Source of the DNA: Asterionella formosa
Lineage: Eukaryota
Direction: 5' to 3'
Length of the DNA: 64,000 nt
Assembly (NCBI GenBank): GCA_002256025.1
Contig: NKIB01004673.1
Location: 1 to 64,000 of the forward strand
Shown here: positions 59,961-64,000 of the stretch, piece by piece
Position numbering within the stretch: the stretch's first letter is position 1
Layout of the letters: every line of letters begins with the position of its first letter
Translations under genes and position numbers: made by a program
Notes under the pieces: generated by a model
Told to the model about the DNA's origin: nothing
The model's input: the letters and a program-made list of their open reading frames with translations, nothing else
The model's database searches: none

Positions 59961-60933
59961 TAAAATGACTTCGAATTACTGTGTTTGCTAATACAGTTCA
60001 TGAACGCCCTTGTTGTTATGGTTGAAAAGGGACATAAGCAAAGTTCATTTCTTACAGTGAATATTTATTGAAGAGTTCTAACAATGAGTGCTATATTAAT
60101 CTGCCTATTCTTAAATGGATGGAATACAATATGCTATGAAATCATATTACATCAATTACAATTGTAATGCCATTTTCTTTTGCTTTGCTTTTTCACATCC
60201 TCCCCTGTGCATAAGCCACGCCTACTACTATGTGTAAATATTCACCCACTAGCTACCTCTATTTATTTCATGGAGCTCACAAAGGTTCAAAACCCTCACC
60301 ATTCCATCTATTTGCAAAACCAACTGTCTTCAATTCACTTGTTGAAGAAATTTGGCACTGCATAATTTGTCAACACCAACCTTCTCAATTTTTATTGATT
60401 TGACTTGATTTTCTATTTTTTGATAAAATCGGTGTTCACTGTTGATGACTTGGCAGTCAATGTAAGCCCCACCACTATATTCTTGAGAATCCGCCAAATC
60501 ATCAGCAGGAATAGGCATTAATTTTTGCAATTGGGCTTGTACTAAAGAAGAAACCTTGTCAGTCGGAGAAGTTCCATGTTCCTACACACTGATTACACTC
60601 ATAACACTTCGTTAGCAAATACAGATGAAGTCACATCACTTGTACTCTCAAAATCATTAGTTTGTATTCCATTGATTACAGATTTAAAATTTATACATCG
60701 ATATCTTCAAGTAATAATTGATTAACGACATATTTGCCGAATCAAACCTTTTCATAGGTGAAAAGTTTTTCTTTAGTGTTGGAGAGTGAGCGATCCCACA
60801 CAATGATACATGTGTAAAAGGAGCCGAAACATAGGGTTAGGTTTAAATCAAACAAAATGTATCAGAACTCGAATATTTGCTTGAGAACTCGACTAACACC
60901 TATTGAATACTTTTATGCCATCTTAGTTGAACA

Positions 60934-61090
60934 GGTTCGATAGAATGTTTAACTACTAATTAGCTCATATATTCAAGTAGCACTACTACTTCTACTAGTT
61001 AGATACTTCACCTGGTTCGATAGAATGTTTAACTAATTAGCTCATATATTCAAGTAGCACTACTACTTCTACTAGTTAGATACTTCACCT
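60934..61090. repeat. Recent tandem duplication (80 bp + 77 bp)
   Basis: ggttcgatagaatgtttaacta(cta)attagctcatatattcaagtagcactactacttctactagttagatacttcacct occurs twice and runs into the palindrome cacctggtaccaggtg. Confidence 0.95.
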
Positions 61091-61118
61091 GGTACCAGGT
61101 GCCATAGCTAGTTAAGAA

Positions 61119-61220
61119 CATCTCCACTGCATTGACCAAGAACCAAAGCCAATTGCAGTTGAGATTATCAAAACACATCAATTGGTCAACCAAATCTTTT
61201 TATCAAAAGTCGATTTTTTC
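61119..61220. repeat. Dispersed repeat C, copy 2
   Basis: Matches 29045-29142. Confidence 0.85.
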
Positions 61221-62399
61221 ATATTCCTACTAGCTAAGATAGTCAAATATAAATAGTGCCAGAGTGTAGTTACATGATGTGTATTGCTCTGAATGTAAAA
61301 TGATGCCAGAAGCAGGCGCTTTTTTACAATACCGAGCGATATATTTGATATTTGGAACTATTTTTCATTTTCACATCATGATGAATAAATGGGCAGCAAT
61401 ATTAACTCATCTGATGACGACTGCTTCGAGAATATGGTTCAAGAAGGCGAGATGACAAAGCAGTGGTTGAGATGCAGGGGAGGAGGATCAAAGGTCAACA
61501 AGAGTACCAGGTACTCCCTCTGTCTAGTCTTAGTTGCAATAATTTGCTGTGATTCGTCATGCTTTGTAGAATACCGGTAGTCGTCGCATGGTAAGATTTC
61601 TGCATTTCCGTTACCTGGTACCTGGTACCACCTGGTAATCGGTAGGAAGGTCCGGTTTAAAAAAACCTTTCGAAAAGATAAAGCTAAATATCTCGATTAC
61701 GGGACCTTCAACAGGTACATGCTGAGGCCTGCATCGGTGTACTACCTGGTACCAGGTACCTGGTACTATGGAAGCTCAGTCAGCATCGTCATTCTAACAT
61801 ACTTGGGTTGGAGACATCAAAAGCCAGTCCAAAGGATGGGGCAATAGATAATTTACCCTAGTGTACACAGTTAACAAAGGAAGAGAGGGTATCAGGTTTT
61901 CAATGTTCCGCAAAGTTATGCACGGTATGTCATTATCTTTCTGAAACAAACCTTTGGAGAATAGTCTTCGCATGGTACAATTTCTCTATTCGCATTCGTA
62001 TGCTCATCGTCATTCTATCATACTTAGCCATCACATGAGTATACGGTCAGTTCATAAACTGGGGAACAGATAATGCGAACCCTAAATTCGAAATACGAAT
62101 TGTTGCGTTGGAGTACGTATGCAGGGCAATTGCTATAGGAACTCAAAATCTCCCTCTGCTCTGACGGAAAAAGTAATCATTTTGCATCTGCCAATTCTCC
62201 TTAAGGTTGATTCGTCATAGTGTCTAAAGTCGTATCAACCTTGTTCCTCGTGTCCCACCATTGCTACTGGTGAATCGTGAGGAAGCAGTTTCATCACAGA
62301 AGTATTGCCAGGTACCCTGTAACATCATACAATCATTGGATGATGACCATAAAAGTACAATTGTGGTTCCAATCGACCAAAAAAGAAAATTAATTCAAA

Positions 62400-62798
62400 A
62401 TGTACTTCTCCGGAATGAAGCGATCGTTGCCTTGCCTTGAGCTGACGTCCATGGAAGACATCGATTCGAATCCGCTTCTGCAAATGGTCAACTCTCGATG
62501 GAATTTGAAAGAAGAAAACACCTCTGCCCTCGTGGAGTATTCTTCTGTTTCAAAGAAGCAGCGTTTATTACCATCGAATACTTGCCCTGCCTCTTCTGCC
62601 CTCGAGTCGTTCTTGCGTTTTGCTGTTGAAGACTTGGCACCATTGTCTGACCTCCTCCATGGAGATGACTGCCTGCCGTTATCTCAAAGACAAAAAAAGC
62701 CTTGTTCACTTGTCCTTCGCAACCTTGAACATCATGCTGGGATTCCTTCCATCCATGATGTCACCAGAGGGATGGCTAGAATCTCAGCATCCAACTGA
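62400..62798 (+). CDS. Small hypothetical protein (132 aa)
   Basis: ATG in an aaaATG context, higher GC than the flanks and a plausible composition with basic KKQR/RQKK patches. No recognisable domain. Confidence 0.5.
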   Translation: MYFSGMKRSLPCLELTSMEDIDSNPLLQMVNSRWNLKEENTSALVEYSSVSKKQRLLPSNTCPASSALESFLRFAVEDLAPLSDLLHGDDCLPLSQRQKKPCSLVLRNLEHHAGIPSIHDVTRGMARISASN

Positions 62799-63299
62799 AA
62801 TAAGTGCTTCTCTTGTTTCTACCTCAAGCAGTGTTGTACATACTCCAAGTGTTAGGTGATTTCCATTTGTACATATCCAAAGAAATCATCATGCATTCTC
62901 AAGACACAACATCGTCGTTAGAATATTTGACAATGCCTTTATCCAGAGTCGAGCACCGCTTCTGTACATATATGGAAGAGCCGCGGGTCTGACCACTCTT
63001 CCTGTTTATAAAGCTTCATTGCTACTCCCTCCTCGCCCCCTCTCTCTTTAGTGAGTTCTGTCTTTTGCACATATATGTAACTACTCTTTAAAACTAGGAC
63101 AACAACTACATCAGGAATCAACACCATTCCAACAACATTTATTTGTTAATGTAAAATTTTGTTTCTGTTTTCTCCCTTCTTGAGCTTGGTATGTGTAGAT
63201 TACCACTGCTCAAGTGCAGATAGGCAGACTACTGGTACCTGTTACTACCATGGGCGAAAATAATTGTATCAATTCTTACATAAAAGTTCTCTGGGGCCA

Positions 63300-63640
63300 T
63301 TTTTGAGTGTAATGTAGAAAAGGTTCAAGTAATAAATTCACATCTGCATAATGATGGTTCATAGCCATGCCTGGTTGGGACCCTCCAGCTTTCCCCTTTT
63401 TCACCCATCTATTGACTATGTTGATATCAATTCCACTGACCCCTTTTGACACCATTGAGAATCAGATCCTCCATGAAATGTGCGGAAGACATCATGCTTG
63501 CTTTCGATGTCATATCTGTTTTGAATGTTCTTGAGAAAGAAGGAAGGGTTTGTGGAATAAATGCACATAAGTGCCTCATGTAAAAGCTAATTTACAGATC
63601 AATGTAGAATGCGACTGTTCTCATTGCAGATGACATATTA
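63300..63640 (-). pseudogene. Degenerate C-terminal half of a tyrosine recombinase (Crypton/DIRS-type element relic)
   Basis: The minus strand reads VICNENSRILH*SVN*LLHEALMCIYSTNPSFFLKNIQNRYDIESKHDVFRTFHGGSDSQ, then after a frameshift VSKGVSGIDINIVNRWVKKGKAGGSQPGMAMNHHYADVNLLLEPFLHYTQK. This fits the YR pattern RSFRRG...RW...M..HY. Confidence 0.65.
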
Positions 63641-64000
63641 CTTACCTGTGCTCTCATGGTTGATTGTTGCTTCCATTAAGAATGGTAGCAAGCCACATTC
63701 TCCAAGGTTCCTGTATGATTTTGAGGAGATAATATCAATGTTAGCAAAAGTGTTGCAATGATTAAAGCATCTCCAGCCACACATGTGCCACAAACTGATG
63801 ACCAAAACAATCTATATAACTTCACATTCCAATCTCGACATAACGAGCATCAAATGAGTGTATAGTAACTTACCGATGCTCTCACTGTTGATTGATGGGT
63901 GACAGGGTAGCGTTGTTAACCCTCACATCTGCATATATGGAAGGGAAAGATATTATTAATGTCGAAATCCTAATTAATGGACACAGACGCTACAACGCCT

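Noticed and set aside
60934..60945. ggttcga resembling a tRNA T-loop
   Set aside because: There is no cloverleaf stem context.

Overview
This is eukaryotic nuclear DNA, most likely from a diatom (pennate is my guess). The evidence is short GT-AG introns, bipartite plastid-targeting presequences, and diatom-typical DUF6824, BTB and TKL-like kinase families. About 20 protein genes can be supported: DUF6824 protein, secreted GH26 hydrolase with two Cys-rich modules, a plastid protein with two RbcX-like segments, PWI/SRRM1-like, RAD23, a putative permuted papain-fold protein, RsuA-family pseudouridine synthase, malic enzyme, Nup85, BTB protein, protein kinase, Reeler-like surface protein, vezatin-like protein, UreH/NiCoT-like transporter, double HMG-box protein, nitronate monooxygenase-like protein, SNM1-type nuclease with UBA, type II homoserine kinase-like protein, At5g03900-like protein and PGAM5. 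The AT-rich intergenic DNA holds a family of about 1.9 kb TIR elements (nested and duplicated), a foldback MITE, Tc1/mariner and tyrosine-recombinase relics, a truncated GH26 pseudogene, dispersed repeats and many GGTACC/TACC(W)GGTA palindromic arrays. I found no rRNA, tRNA or CRISPR array. All family calls come from reading motifs by eye; no database search was run.
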